Assembly: GCA_003152105.1 (NCBI GenBank)
Contig: PLZJ01000002.1
Span: forward strand, 405,682 to 469,681
Direction of reading: 5' to 3'
Length of the DNA stretch: 64,000 nt
Origin: Candidatus Levyibacteriota bacterium
Lineage (GTDB): Bacteria > Patescibacteriota > Microgenomatia > Levybacterales > UBA12049
The position numbers were made by a program, and so were the translations under genes. Below the pieces are notes generated by a model, which was not told the origin of the DNA, did no database searches, and worked only from the letters and a program-made list of their open reading frames with translations. Positions 1 through 9,669 of the stretch are shown piece by piece (positions within the stretch are counted from its first letter, which is position 1; every line of letters begins with the position of its first letter).

Positions 1-250
1 GTTCAACAAAATAGATTGCGCTAACTACGAGAAATATTATGCCAAGTAAAATTGCTGCAATTGTTAGTGGCTTCATTATATTTATTTTCTACTATTTTAA
101 TTTATATGTCAACGAGCAGCGATTATTAGTAGTATTAGAATACGATACCTTATCCGGTTTTGATAGTTAAGGTGCTGCTTTTTGATATATAATTTTTATA
201 TAGTACTCGTACTTGCATTCTAACAGAAAATATTTTACTGTGTAAAATGT

Positions 251-1381
251 ATGATAATGGATGCAGGAGAAATAAAAAGTAGTGAAATAGGGGAAGGACC
301 TAATCGAATCGCAGTTCCATTTTATGACGATAAAAATGGCACACTTCTTCTTTCTGTACCTCAAATAGCAAAACTTCCAAACTCAATAACTGCAAGTTTA
401 GAAGATGGATTTGAAGCAAAAAGTGAACAACATATAACTGCCATAGGGTATTCTCAGGCAAAAACAATCCGAGAAGTACTGAGAAAGCTTCCACCAGATA
501 GTCGAACTAGTTCACTTTCATCTCTTCAACAATTAATCGCAACAACAGATTGGCAATATTCTCCTTTAAATCAATTTTTTCATATTTCAAAGGATTACCC
601 GAATCTAGATGAACACAGGGAATCTATTGTGCAGCTTGTTGATGTGCCTCAATTGGATTCATTTTATAAAGAATTAAATAAGATATTTGGCACCAAATTA
701 CCAAAGCAGTTACCACACATAACATTACTTACCAAAAGTACTAATCCTGAAAATATGAAAGCAGGAATTGCGATTAATTCTCAAGATGACTTTGAAGCTA
801 TGCATCCAACAAAAGTACCTGTCGGTGGTTTAATTTTACCAAGCAGCGATGGTTTGTATCCGTATAAAGCGGGTAGTCATGGGTTTTTATTCCATAAACA
901 ATTTCAGGAAGGAAAACAGGACGTAGAAGGAGGATCTGGGAATGTAGTTGTAAGTGAAATTTCTGAAAATAAAATAAGTCTTACTGACCAGACTTCGGAA
1001 AATAAGTTTAAACTTGTTGCAACTGTCGATAAAGATAACGTATTACTGTTTGATCTGCGAACTAGAGAAAAAAATGCTGATGGAGAAGTAGTTCATCCTG
1101 ATTTATTTGCTGCAAAATTTTTAGGATATGCACTTGAGTATTTTAAGGCAAACGGGAAAGAGATTACAAAGGCAAAATCAATCTGGAAACCATGGTCAGT
1201 GAATTATAAAACCTATATGCGACTAAGTAAAACTAGTGATGCTAAAGAAGCAGCTAGTAAAACATGGGCTGGTCAAACGTTTGGTTTTTACGGATTTAGT
1301 GTAGATAAAGTATTGGATAGATTAATAGTTGGCAAATTTGGCGCAGAAGAATGGGTAGAAGTATTTTATTCAAAAAAATAA
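251..1381 (+). CDS. hypothetical protein (soluble, no recognisable domain)
   Basis: 376-aa ORF from six-frame track; no TM segment or motif recognised; start may be downstream of 251. Confidence 0.45.
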   Translation: MIMDAGEIKSSEIGEGPNRIAVPFYDDKNGTLLLSVPQIAKLPNSITASLEDGFEAKSEQHITAIGYSQAKTIREVLRKLPPDSRTSSLSSLQQLIATTDWQYSPLNQFFHISKDYPNLDEHRESIVQLVDVPQLDSFYKELNKIFGTKLPKQLPHITLLTKSTNPENMKAGIAINSQDDFEAMHPTKVPVGGLILPSSDGLYPYKAGSHGFLFHKQFQEGKQDVEGGSGNVVVSEISENKISLTDQTSENKFKLVATVDKDNVLLFDLRTREKNADGEVVHPDLFAAKFLGYALEYFKANGKEITKAKSIWKPWSVNYKTYMRLSKTSDAKEAASKTWAGQTFGFYGFSVDKVLDRLIVGKFGAEEWVEVFYSKK

Positions 1382-1418
1382 TTGGATTATTAAGTGATGG
1401 AAATAGAAAATCTTGTTA

Positions 1419-2009
1419 CTAATAAGAAAATGGAATTTTAAGAGCGATGAATATTTCCGTTAAATCTTTTATCGGCAAACCTATTGCAGCATTTAAATCT
1501 CCTTCTATTTTTTCAATAAAAAGTATTGCTTTACCTTGCAAAGCATAAGCTCCAGCTTTTCCCAAATATTCACCAGTTGCAATATATGAGTCAATTTCAT
1601 GTTCAGACAATTTTTTTACCCAAACATTAGTTTTTACGCTTTTAGTAAAAGTTTTATTAGTATTTGTATCAATTACACATAGTCCAGTTATTACAAAATG
1701 TTTTTTCCCTTGTAGCATTTGTAACATTTGCTTTGCTTCTTCCTTCGTTTTTGCTTTTCCCAAATACGTTTTATGTAGTACAACAAATGTATCTGCTCCA
1801 ATGATAATGGCATTCTTATTTTTTTTTGCCACACTTAAAGATTTTCCATAAGCTAGATTTTCTGCAAGTTTTTTTGGAGATATAGTTTCATCCATTACTT
1901 CTTTATAGGTACTTGGTTTTACAATAAATTGTACGCCCATTTTACTTAACAAATCTTTTCTTCTAGGTGAAGAAGATGCCAGAATTATTAACTTGTTCTT
2001 TTGATTCAT
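1419..2009 (-). CDS. maf: Maf-like nucleoside triphosphate pyrophosphatase (septum formation protein Maf)
   Basis: N-terminus LIILASSSPRRKDLL and internal IIGADTFVVL are typical Maf/YhdE motifs; 196 aa. Confidence 0.8.
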   Translation of the reverse strand: MNQKNKLIILASSSPRRKDLLSKMGVQFIVKPSTYKEVMDETISPKKLAENLAYGKSLSVAKKNKNAIIIGADTFVVLHKTYLGKAKTKEEAKQMLQMLQGKKHFVITGLCVIDTNTNKTFTKSVKTNVWVKKLSEHEIDSYIATGEYLGKAGAYALQGKAILFIEKIEGDLNAAIGLPIKDLTEIFIALKIPFSY

Positions 2010-2055
2010 ACTGCTTGAATAGTAAACGTATTCTTTAGTATAGTATATCCTAGAT

Positions 2056-2511
2056 TTGCAATCGCTGATCTCACTCTCCTACAATACAAATATGAGACGA
2101 TACAAAAAAGATGACTTTCAAGAAAAAGAAACAGAGCAAGATTTACAAGAAAGATGGGATCTTAAAAAAGTTGCAATTGGTTTTCTATTTATTATCCTAA
2201 TTTTAATTGGGATTGGATATGTAATTGTTCATTCTAATATTTATCCTCCAATTGCAAAAATATTATCTAGACACTCTTCCGGAGCTGTTGAAGGAGCATC
2301 TACGCAAGCAGAAGGAGTAGCAACACCTAGTGCAGTAAATATTACAAATAAATTAAATAGTCTGAAAAAAGAAATAACGCACTTAAATGTTGGAGATATT
2401 GCAAAAAATTCACCTCAAATACAGAAAATTCAAAGAGATTTTCAGTCACTTGAAAATCTTCCAGGTAAACAAGCAAAACAGGCCTGCCTACAAATTTGTA
2501 GTGGATTATAA
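2056..2511 (+). CDS. membrane-anchored hypothetical protein
   Basis: single hydrophobic helix (VAIGFLFIILILIGIGYVIV) after basic N-terminus; no known domain. Confidence 0.45.
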   Translation: MQSLISLSYNTNMRRYKKDDFQEKETEQDLQERWDLKKVAIGFLFIILILIGIGYVIVHSNIYPPIAKILSRHSSGAVEGASTQAEGVATPSAVNITNKLNSLKKEITHLNVGDIAKNSPQIQKIQRDFQSLENLPGKQAKQACLQICSGL

Positions 2512-2557
2512 ACCCCAGTTAATATAAAAAACGCTATTTGCGGTATAATGCTCTTAT

Positions 2558-3568
2558 ATGGAAGACGAAACAAAAGAACGAATTAATCGTGTACTTTCAA
2601 AAATGGATTTGGAGTCAAAAAGTAATGAGATAAAGCAAATTGAAAAAGAAAGTTCTGAGACTAATTTTTGGCAAGATCATCAAGCAGCAAGCAAGAAAAT
2701 GAAGCAGCTCGCAAAGTTGCAAAAAGAAGTTGAGGATGCAGAGTATCTTAGATTATGCATTGAGCAAGGAGATAATAAAGAAGCCCTCGTTTTACTTAAT
2801 GAATTAGAAAAAGTATTATATTTTTCATCACAATATGATAAGCATAACGCATTACTGTCAATTCATTCAGGTCAAGGAGGGGTTGAAGCAATGGACTGGG
2901 CAGAAATGCTATTTAGAATGTATAAACGGTATTTTGAAAGAAAAAATTGGAAATTTGAGATTTTGGACCAAACACTAGGAGAAGAAGCTGGCATTAAAAG
3001 TATTTCTCTAGCTATTGAGGGAGAATACGCATACGGATTCTTAAAACATGAAGCTGGAGTTCACCGATTAGTAAGACTATCTCCATTTAATTCAGATAAT
3101 TTACGTCAAACCTCTTTCGCGATGCTCGAAGTATTACCAGAAATTGAAGACAATGATCAAATTGATATAAAAGAGGATGATATAGAATTTGAGGCGTTTA
3201 GAGCAGGTGGACATGGTGGGCAAAATGTAAATAAAGTATCAACCGCTGTAAGAATTAAACACATACCAACAGGTATTATAGTTACTTGTCAGACTGAAAG
3301 ATATCAGGCACAAAATAGGGAATATGCAATGAAAATGCTTCGTGCAAAACTATGGTCATTAAAAGAAGCTGAAAAGAAAAAAGAAGAGGCGAAGATAAAA
3401 GGTGGATACAAAACGCCTGGATGGGGAAACCAAATTCGATCATATGTGCTACATCCATATCAATTAGTTAAAGATTTAAGGACTGGATATGAAACGGCAA
3501 ATACGCAAGGCGTACTTGACGGGGATTTAGATGAATTTATTGATGAAGAGTTACGAGTTCTTAATTAA
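2558..3568 (+). CDS. prfB: peptide chain release factor 2
   Basis: SPF tripeptide ([14 protein letters not shown]), GGQ motif ([26 protein letters not shown]), C-terminal IRSYVL; 336 aa, N-terminally shorter than E. coli RF2. Confidence 0.85.
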   Translation: MEDETKERINRVLSKMDLESKSNEIKQIEKESSETNFWQDHQAASKKMKQLAKLQKEVEDAEYLRLCIEQGDNKEALVLLNELEKVLYFSSQYDKHNALLSIHSGQGGVEAMDWAEMLFRMYKRYFERKNWKFEILDQTLGEEAGIKSISLAIEGEYAYGFLKHEAGVHRLVRLSPFNSDNLRQTSFAMLEVLPEIEDNDQIDIKEDDIEFEAFRAGGHGGQNVNKVSTAVRIKHIPTGIIVTCQTERYQAQNREYAMKMLRAKLWSLKEAEKKKEEAKIKGGYKTPGWGNQIRSYVLHPYQLVKDLRTGYETANTQGVLDGDLDEFIDEELRVLN

Positions 3569-3653
3569 ATATAGCCTACAGGGTTGTCAAATAGGTAAAA
3601 ATGTGCTTTACTTAAAGAAGTTAAATGCTAAGCGTAGCAGGGGCTGAAAAATT

Positions 3654-4121
3654 ATGGAAAATACAACTAATATAAATAACAAACGAGCAGTAGTTCATAA
3701 TTTTGACAATTCTTCAAAACAGTTATTTAGTCCAAAATATTTAGCAGTACTTATCATCCTCGTATTATTAGGTATTGGCGCAGGTTATTTTTTCACAAGA
3801 CAACAAAATACTTCAGTAAATGCAACCCTTCCTACAGCTACAAATAAAACAGTGGCAATAAAAGCTGGAGATGTATTTGGAGCAAATGATACCAGCGCTT
3901 TTAAAGATACTGCTGAAGGACAATTAGAGGTTGGAGGAGTCGGAGATGAGGGCCAGTATCATTTAGTCAGACCAGGTGGTTCAAGTCAATATGTATATTT
4001 AACCTCCTCTACAGTAGACTTGAGTAAATTAGTTGGAAGAAATGTTAAAGTGTGGGGTGCGACACAGAAGGCACAAAATGTTGGCTGGCTTATGGAAGTC
4101 GGAAAAGTTCAAGTAGAATAA
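3654..4121 (+). CDS. membrane-anchored hypothetical protein
   Basis: N-terminal signal-anchor (YLAVLIILVLLGIGAGYFF), extracytoplasmic C-terminal part; no known domain. Confidence 0.45.
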   Translation: MENTTNINNKRAVVHNFDNSSKQLFSPKYLAVLIILVLLGIGAGYFFTRQQNTSVNATLPTATNKTVAIKAGDVFGANDTSAFKDTAEGQLEVGGVGDEGQYHLVRPGGSSQYVYLTSSTVDLSKLVGRNVKVWGATQKAQNVGWLMEVGKVQVE

Positions 4122-4147
4122 TAGTACTCCACAGTTAATGAATCTCT

Positions 4148-4945
4148 ATGATCGTACTCGATAAAGTATCAAAAGTGTTTGGTTCAGGGAACGCAGGGCT
4201 ATCCGAAGTGACATTTTCAATAACCGGAGGAGAGTTTGTTTTTTTTGTTGGGCCATCAGGTGCAGGTAAAACGACATTATTCCGTCTTTTAATACGTGAT
4301 ATGTTGCCAACTCACGGAACAGTAATAATAGCAAACTGGGACATCTCAAAGCTTCCAACTAGTAAAATTCCAACTCTTAGAAAAAAAATTGGGGTTGTAT
4401 TTCAAGACTTGAAATTATTACCAAACAGAACTATCTTAGAAAACGTATCATTACCATTAGATTTTTCAGGCTATTCTACCGAAGATGCACACCAAAAGGC
4501 TGAAGAGGTTTTAGAACGAGTTGGACTACTATCACACAAAGAAAAATTCCCAATCCAGCTTTCCGGAGGAGAATTGCAGAGAGTTGCAATTGCAAGAGCG
4601 CTTGTACTTTCACCCGAAATATTATTAGCTGATGAACCAACAGGTAACCTAGATACACATACAGCTTTGGGAATTGTTGATTTATTAAGCGAAATTAATA
4701 AAACTGGAACAACTATTCTTATGGCAACACATAATACTGATATAATAAATAAATTGAAAAAACGTGTCATAATGCTTGAGAAAGGAAAAATAATTCGAGA
4801 CGACAAAGCAAAAGAAGTTGTAAAAGAAGTAGCTAAAGAGCAACCAAAAGAAACTCAAAAGGAACCACCTAAAGAAGCTTCAAAAGAACATACTTCTCAT
4901 TCGTCTACTCAAAAAGAAGAGAAAGAGAAAGCGAAATCTAATTAA
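4148..4945 (+). CDS. ftsE: cell division ATP-binding protein FtsE (ABC ATPase) with Lys/Glu-rich C-terminal tail
   Basis: Walker A GPSGAGKTT, ABC signature LSGGELQRVAIARAL, Walker B ILLADEPTGNLD, H-loop ATHN; about 45-aa KE-rich extension. Confidence 0.85.
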   Translation: MIVLDKVSKVFGSGNAGLSEVTFSITGGEFVFFVGPSGAGKTTLFRLLIRDMLPTHGTVIIANWDISKLPTSKIPTLRKKIGVVFQDLKLLPNRTILENVSLPLDFSGYSTEDAHQKAEEVLERVGLLSHKEKFPIQLSGGELQRVAIARALVLSPEILLADEPTGNLDTHTALGIVDLLSEINKTGTTILMATHNTDIINKLKKRVIMLEKGKIIRDDKAKEVVKEVAKEQPKETQKEPPKEASKEHTSHSSTQKEEKEKAKSN

Positions 4946-4948
4946 TAT

Positions 4949-5815
4949 ATGAAATTTTTCAAAACTGCCTGGACAAACATACGTCGATCCCCCTATCAAG
5001 CACTCGCGGCAATTATCATAATTACGCAAACATTCTTTGTTGTTTCATTATTTACACTGGTTATTGCTGGTTCTTCTGAAATCATTACTTATTTTGAACA
5101 GTCTCCGCAAGTTACTGCATTTTTTAAGGCAGGAGTAACGCAAGGAGAGATTAATAGCTTAAAAAATGAGATTTCTCAAACAGGGAAAGTTGCAAAAATT
5201 CATGAGGTAGATCAAAGTGAGGCATTTGCAAGGTTTAAGCAGTTTAATAAAAATCAACCTGATATGCTCGAATTAGTTTCTCCAGATATATTGCCTTCCT
5301 CCTTAGAAGTCTCAACTCAAAAAATAGACGATCTCTATTCAGTAGCGGATATTATGAAGAAAAATTCCAATGTCCAACAAGTAGTGTTTTATCAAGATCT
5401 TGTAGCTAAACTTATTAGTTGGACAAACTTTTTACATAAATTTGGAATCGGACTAATTATTGTTCTTGCATTAGATTCAATTTTCATCATGTTAATTATC
5501 ATAAGTATCAAAATTTCTCAGAAAAGAGAGGATATTGAAATAATGCGTCTTATAGGAGCGTCAAAGTGGTATATTAGATGGCCATTTGTTTTGGAAGGAA
5601 TTATATACGGAGTAGTCGGCGCAATAATTGGTTGGATAATTTCGCTTGGTGTATTATTTTATGCAACGCCGTTTTTATCACAAATTTTACAAGGAATCCC
5701 AATATTACCAGTATCACCTTTATTTCTTCTTGCCATGCTTGGATTCGAGTTAGTTTTTGCTGTGCTTCTTGGTGTGTTCTCCAGCTATTTGGCAGTACTT
5801 CGTTACTTAAAGTAA
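4949..5815 (+). CDS. ftsX: cell division permease-like protein FtsX
   Basis: Immediately downstream of ftsE; N-terminal TM, large extracytoplasmic loop, three C-terminal TM helices; 288 aa typical FtsX architecture. Confidence 0.8.
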   Translation: MKFFKTAWTNIRRSPYQALAAIIIITQTFFVVSLFTLVIAGSSEIITYFEQSPQVTAFFKAGVTQGEINSLKNEISQTGKVAKIHEVDQSEAFARFKQFNKNQPDMLELVSPDILPSSLEVSTQKIDDLYSVADIMKKNSNVQQVVFYQDLVAKLISWTNFLHKFGIGLIIVLALDSIFIMLIIISIKISQKREDIEIMRLIGASKWYIRWPFVLEGIIYGVVGAIIGWIISLGVLFYATPFLSQILQGIPILPVSPLFLLAMLGFELVFAVLLGVFSSYLAVLRYLK

Positions 5816-5824
5816 TATAAATAT

Positions 5825-7096
5825 ATGGATCATTTTAGTCAAAAAAGAATATATTTCTTTTACGTACTTTTGTTTTATGTAAGCTTAGTTATTGTATTTC
5901 AAAAGCAAGTATTTGCTCAGCAAACAACACCTACTGATACGCCAACACCTACACCAACTTCTTCCCAATCGAACGATAGTTCTTCTGCTGAAACAGACTT
6001 ATTAAATCAAATTAATGGACTTGAATCCACAATAAATAACTTGCAAGGGCAGGCTAATTCAATTGCGAATACCATTGAGGTTATGAAGGACAAAATATCT
6101 CTTTCAGAGTCTCAAATTGCATTAACCAAGGAAAAAATTGCAAGCATAACTAATGACATAAACGCATCTCAACAGCAAATTACACATTTGAATGGTTCAC
6201 TCAAGGATCTTACGAAACTCTTATTAAATAGAATAGTCTTAACATATGAAGACAGTAATATTCAGCCTATTGAAATACTGGCAACATCAAATTCAGTTTC
6301 TGATTACGTACAGAAACGTAGTTATCTTCAACTAGTGCAAGAACATGATAGAAAACTTATTTATGATACGCAACAAGCCCAAGATAATTATGTGACAATT
6401 AAAAATATTAGAGAAGATCAAAAAAAACAAGTAGTTGTATTGGAAAATCAACTTGTTGATCAAACTAACCAGCTAGATAAAGAAAAAAGCGATCAAGAAA
6501 GTCTTCTTGCTCAAACTAATGGAAATATTGAGGAAGCACAAAGACAACTCGCTCAAGATCAAGCAGAACTTGCTGGCTTTTCTAATTTCGTAACAAGTCA
6601 AGGTGGCGCTTCGCTGCTATCTGGACAAACTGCATGTGACTCTTGGGGTTGTTATTACAATCAAAGAGATAGCCAATGGGGTGGCGTATTAATTAATGGA
6701 CAAGGAGGATATTCAGTTGCTGGGTATGGCTGCTTGATAACGTCCATTGCAATGGTTGCATCACATATGGGGCATAATATTTCACCTGGTGCAATCGCAT
6801 CTTCTGACGGAAGTAATTTTTCATTTGGTACTGCAATGCTTAAATATACTATTTCTGTGAGCGGCTTAAACATTGGTCGTAGTGGTGTATCTCCATTAGA
6901 TAATGCTCTTTCGTCTGGACCGGTAATTGTCGGCATCTATGCATATGGAGGGACTCACTTTGTTGTCATTAAAAGTGGCTCTGGAGGTAATTATGTTATG
7001 GACGATCCCTATATTCCAAATGGTCATGATATAAATTTTACAGATCATTATTCATTGAGTAGTATATTTGAGATGGATCAATTAAGCATCCAATAA
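5825..7096 (+). CDS. secreted coiled-coil protein with C-terminal C39-like cysteine peptidase domain (PcsB/EnvC-like FtsEX-associated peptidoglycan hydrolase candidate)
   Basis: signal anchor, PT linker, long heptad/coiled-coil region (residues about 60-250), C-terminal domain with Cys (YGCLITSIAMV) and His (GGTHFVVI) resembling Peptidase_C39_2/CHAP-type papain fold; placed directly after ftsEX. Confidence 0.55.
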   Translation: MDHFSQKRIYFFYVLLFYVSLVIVFQKQVFAQQTTPTDTPTPTPTSSQSNDSSSAETDLLNQINGLESTINNLQGQANSIANTIEVMKDKISLSESQIALTKEKIASITNDINASQQQITHLNGSLKDLTKLLLNRIVLTYEDSNIQPIEILATSNSVSDYVQKRSYLQLVQEHDRKLIYDTQQAQDNYVTIKNIREDQKKQVVVLENQLVDQTNQLDKEKSDQESLLAQTNGNIEEAQRQLAQDQAELAGFSNFVTSQGGASLLSGQTACDSWGCYYNQRDSQWGGVLINGQGGYSVAGYGCLITSIAMVASHMGHNISPGAIASSDGSNFSFGTAMLKYTISVSGLNIGRSGVSPLDNALSSGPVIVGIYAYGGTHFVVIKSGSGGNYVMDDPYIPNGHDINFTDHYSLSSIFEMDQLSIQ

Positions 7097-7168
7097 TTTC
7101 TTTCCCAAATTTCCCAACTAGAGAATGATACTATGAGATTGTGATATACTGATCCGAATTAAAATCCT

Positions 7169-7597
7169 ATGATAATTAGTAGTGAAAAAGAAATGGAAAA
7201 GCTTGGCTTGTCGTTTGCTACAAAAGTAGTGAACGGAGGCGTTGTTTGTTTATATGGAGAATTAGGAAGTGGTAAAACGACATTTGCAAAAGCACTTGCA
7301 AAAGGACTAGGGTTTACGGGTAGAGTAATTTCGCCTACTTTTCTCATAATGAGAACATATGAGTTGAAAAAGAATAAGCTCGGGAAATTTTATCATTTAG
7401 ATTTTTACAGAACTGAAGACGAGAAAGCTCTTAAAAATCTTGGTATTGAAGAATTATTTGCAAATACTCATAATATTGTTGTTATTGAATGGGCAGAAAA
7501 AGCAAAGAATTTATTACCGAAAAAACGTTTTGATCTACATTTTACGTATTGTAATCAAACGCAAAGAAATATTGAAATTAAAAAGGTTGGAAAATGA
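7169..7597 (+). CDS. tsaE: tRNA threonylcarbamoyladenosine biosynthesis protein TsaE
   Basis: P-loop GELGSGKTTF and overall YjeE-like length (142 aa). Confidence 0.8.
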   Translation: MIISSEKEMEKLGLSFATKVVNGGVVCLYGELGSGKTTFAKALAKGLGFTGRVISPTFLIMRTYELKKNKLGKFYHLDFYRTEDEKALKNLGIEELFANTHNIVVIEWAEKAKNLLPKKRFDLHFTYCNQTQRNIEIKKVGK

Positions 7598-8187
7598 ATA
7601 CAGATAAAAGTACATTATATATCAATAAAGCAGCAAAAATTATTAAAGAAGGAGGTATAGTAATTTATCCAACTGATACAGCGTTTGGAATTGGGTGCAG
7701 AATGGATGATGAAGCTTCTGTGGCTCGATTATTTTCAATTCGAAAGAGACCCAAGACGCAAGCAGTCCCTTTATTATGCAGCTCGATGAATATGGTTAAT
7801 AAATATATAAAAACTATTCCTGTAGGTGTTGACGAAAAGCTTATAAAGAAATATTGGCCTGGACCTTTAACTATTGTTTTTGAAGCTAAAGTAGAGAGGA
7901 TACCTGAGCTTGTAAGAGGAGGAAAGCGAACAATTGGAATGAGAGTGCCAAATCATAAAGATGTAATTTCGTTAATTCGGAAAGTTGGTATACCGATACT
8001 TGGACCTTCTGCAAATTTTCATGGAGAAGCAACGCCTTATACGTTTTCAGAAATTGATCCGAAGTTAATTTACTTGGTAGATTATGTTATGCCTGGTTTA
8101 TGTGAGCTTAAGAAAGCATCTACTGTAGTTGATGTTTCGCTTTCGCCTTGGATGACGCTACGAGAAGGAGCAATTAAATTAAGATGA
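7594..8187 (+). CDS. tsaC: L-threonylcarbamoyladenylate synthase (YrdC/Sua5 domain)
   Basis: YrdC-like motifs (IYPTDTAFGIGC, RPKTQAVPLL); overlaps tsaE stop by 4 nt. Confidence 0.8.
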   Translation: MNTDKSTLYINKAAKIIKEGGIVIYPTDTAFGIGCRMDDEASVARLFSIRKRPKTQAVPLLCSSMNMVNKYIKTIPVGVDEKLIKKYWPGPLTIVFEAKVERIPELVRGGKRTIGMRVPNHKDVISLIRKVGIPILGPSANFHGEATPYTFSEIDPKLIYLVDYVMPGLCELKKASTVVDVSLSPWMTLREGAIKLR

Positions 8188-8501
8188 TAACACTCTATAT
8201 CGATTCTAAAGATAATACCAAAATAATTATTTCATTAAAAAAAAATAAAATCATTGATACGATTGAAACTGCTTTAGTTTTAAAAAAAGGATCACAAGTT
8301 ATTTTGCCATCAATTGAAAAAATACTTAAAAAACATTCACTTACCATTTCAGATATCGAAGCTGTTGAAGTTAACTGTGGTCCTGGTTCTTTTACCGGAC
8401 TACGTGTTGGGGTGGCTATTGCAAATGCACTTGCGTTTTCACTGGGCGTTTCGCTGAATAAAAAGAAAGTTGGAGTATATCAGGAACCCAAATATCAATG
8501 A
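8184..8501 (+). CDS. tsaB: TsaB-like protein, N-terminal half only (minimal YeaZ)
   Basis: TsaB/YeaZ signature GPGSFTGLRVGVAIANALAF; only 105 aa versus about 230 aa for full-length TsaB; overlaps tsaC by 4 nt. Confidence 0.6.
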   Translation: MITLYIDSKDNTKIIISLKKNKIIDTIETALVLKKGSQVILPSIEKILKKHSLTISDIEAVEVNCGPGSFTGLRVGVAIANALAFSLGVSLNKKKVGVYQEPKYQ

Positions 8502-8513
8502 TATACTTAATGT

Positions 8514-9407
8514 ATGAAAGCATGGCTGTCCCATTTATTTTTACCTCAAGATTCAAATAATCATCGAGCAAAAATACTTCATCATCAAAGTTTGGCCTAC
8601 CTAATAATAATTTTTATTGCCATTCAAATAGTTTTTTTTCGAATAAATACTAGCTCTCCTCAGGTACTCGGAACCACAACCGATATCTCAGCACAGGAAT
8701 TATTGCATTATTCAAATATAGAGAGAATTAAATATAATCTGTCTCCATTAACGTTAAATAACTCGCTTTCAGTAGCTTCGGAAAATAAAGCAAAGAATAT
8801 GTTTCAGTTTAATTATTGGGCACATTTTTCTCCTACTGGTACTACCCCTTGGTCATTTATAAAGGCAGCTGGCTATGATTACGTATATGCTGGAGAAAAT
8901 TTGGCAAGAGGTTTTACCGACTCTCAATCTATTGTTGATGCATGGATGAATAGTCCTACTCATCGAGCAAATCAATTATCATCAAATTATACCGACGTAG
9001 GGTATGCTGTTGAAGACGGCACTTTGCTTGGCGAGCCAACAACTCTTGTAGTTGAGATGTTTGGATCCACCACGCAGTCTTTAGCTAAATTGAATTCAGA
9101 AAAGAATGCTTTAGGCGCAACTACAATTGTTCTTTCTCCTACACCTGAGGGGACTGGACTAATACCAACACTTGTAGGTAGCGTTGGTACAAAAATGGTA
9201 AAATACTCATTCATTAATAGTATCCTTGCATCAAAAACAATCGCTTTTGCTCTGCTTAGCATGTTAATCATCCTTCTTTTACTTGATGCCGTATTTATAG
9301 AAAAAAAGAAAATCTATAGACATATTGGAAATCACATTGATCATTTGTTATTTTTTTCTACCCTGTTATTTTTTGTTTTATTAATTGGAGAGGGGGTAAT
9401 TTTGTAA
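8514..9407 (+). CDS. CAP (SCP/PR-1-like) domain protein with C-terminal membrane anchor
   Basis: CAP-domain motifs (YWAHFSPTG, GENLARGF, DAWMNSPTHRANQL); N-terminal signal anchor and C-terminal TM. Confidence 0.65.
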   Translation: MKAWLSHLFLPQDSNNHRAKILHHQSLAYLIIIFIAIQIVFFRINTSSPQVLGTTTDISAQELLHYSNIERIKYNLSPLTLNNSLSVASENKAKNMFQFNYWAHFSPTGTTPWSFIKAAGYDYVYAGENLARGFTDSQSIVDAWMNSPTHRANQLSSNYTDVGYAVEDGTLLGEPTTLVVEMFGSTTQSLAKLNSEKNALGATTIVLSPTPEGTGLIPTLVGSVGTKMVKYSFINSILASKTIAFALLSMLIILLLLDAVFIEKKKIYRHIGNHIDHLLFFSTLLFFVLLIGEGVIL

Positions 9408-9408
9408 T

Positions 9409-9669
9409 ATGTTTACAAAGAAGCATATTTTATACTACATCATATTAAGTGTAATTTTGCTTTTTGGTTTGTTTTTACTGCTTCAAAAAAATCTTAGTTC
9501 TTCGATGCATATATTTATAGCTTTGTTATTATGTTTATTTTATGTAATTTGGGGAATTGTTCATCATAGATTTAATCACAGCGTATCAGCTAGAATTGTG
9601 CTAGAATATGTTTTAATAGGAATTGTTGGGTTTTTAATTCTTAATTTCTTATTACAAATTGTATTATGA
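9409..9669 (+). CDS. small integral membrane protein
   Basis: 86 aa, three predicted TM helices; first gene of a co-directional operon. Confidence 0.4.
   Translation: MFTKKHILYYIILSVILLFGLFLLLQKNLSSSMHIFIALLLCLFYVIWGIVHHRFNHSVSARIVLEYVLIGIVGFLILNFLLQIVL

Noticed and set aside
1-250. Possible 43-aa hydrophobic ORF (ATG at about 39) in the first 170 nt
   Set aside because: It is too short and AT-rich to distinguish from noise at the window edge, and has no RBS.
2511-2590. Looked for the prfB programmed +1 frameshift site and upstream leader ORF
   Set aside because: The only upstream ATG in the -1 frame (2548) encodes [12 protein letters not shown] then a stop. There is no CUUUGA shifty site, so no frameshift was called.
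4146-4806. Three minus-strand ORFs (4146-4358, 4471-4806, 4476-4658) inside ftsE
   Set aside because: They lie antisense within a well-supported ABC ATPase gene and have low-complexity translations, so they are shadow ORFs.
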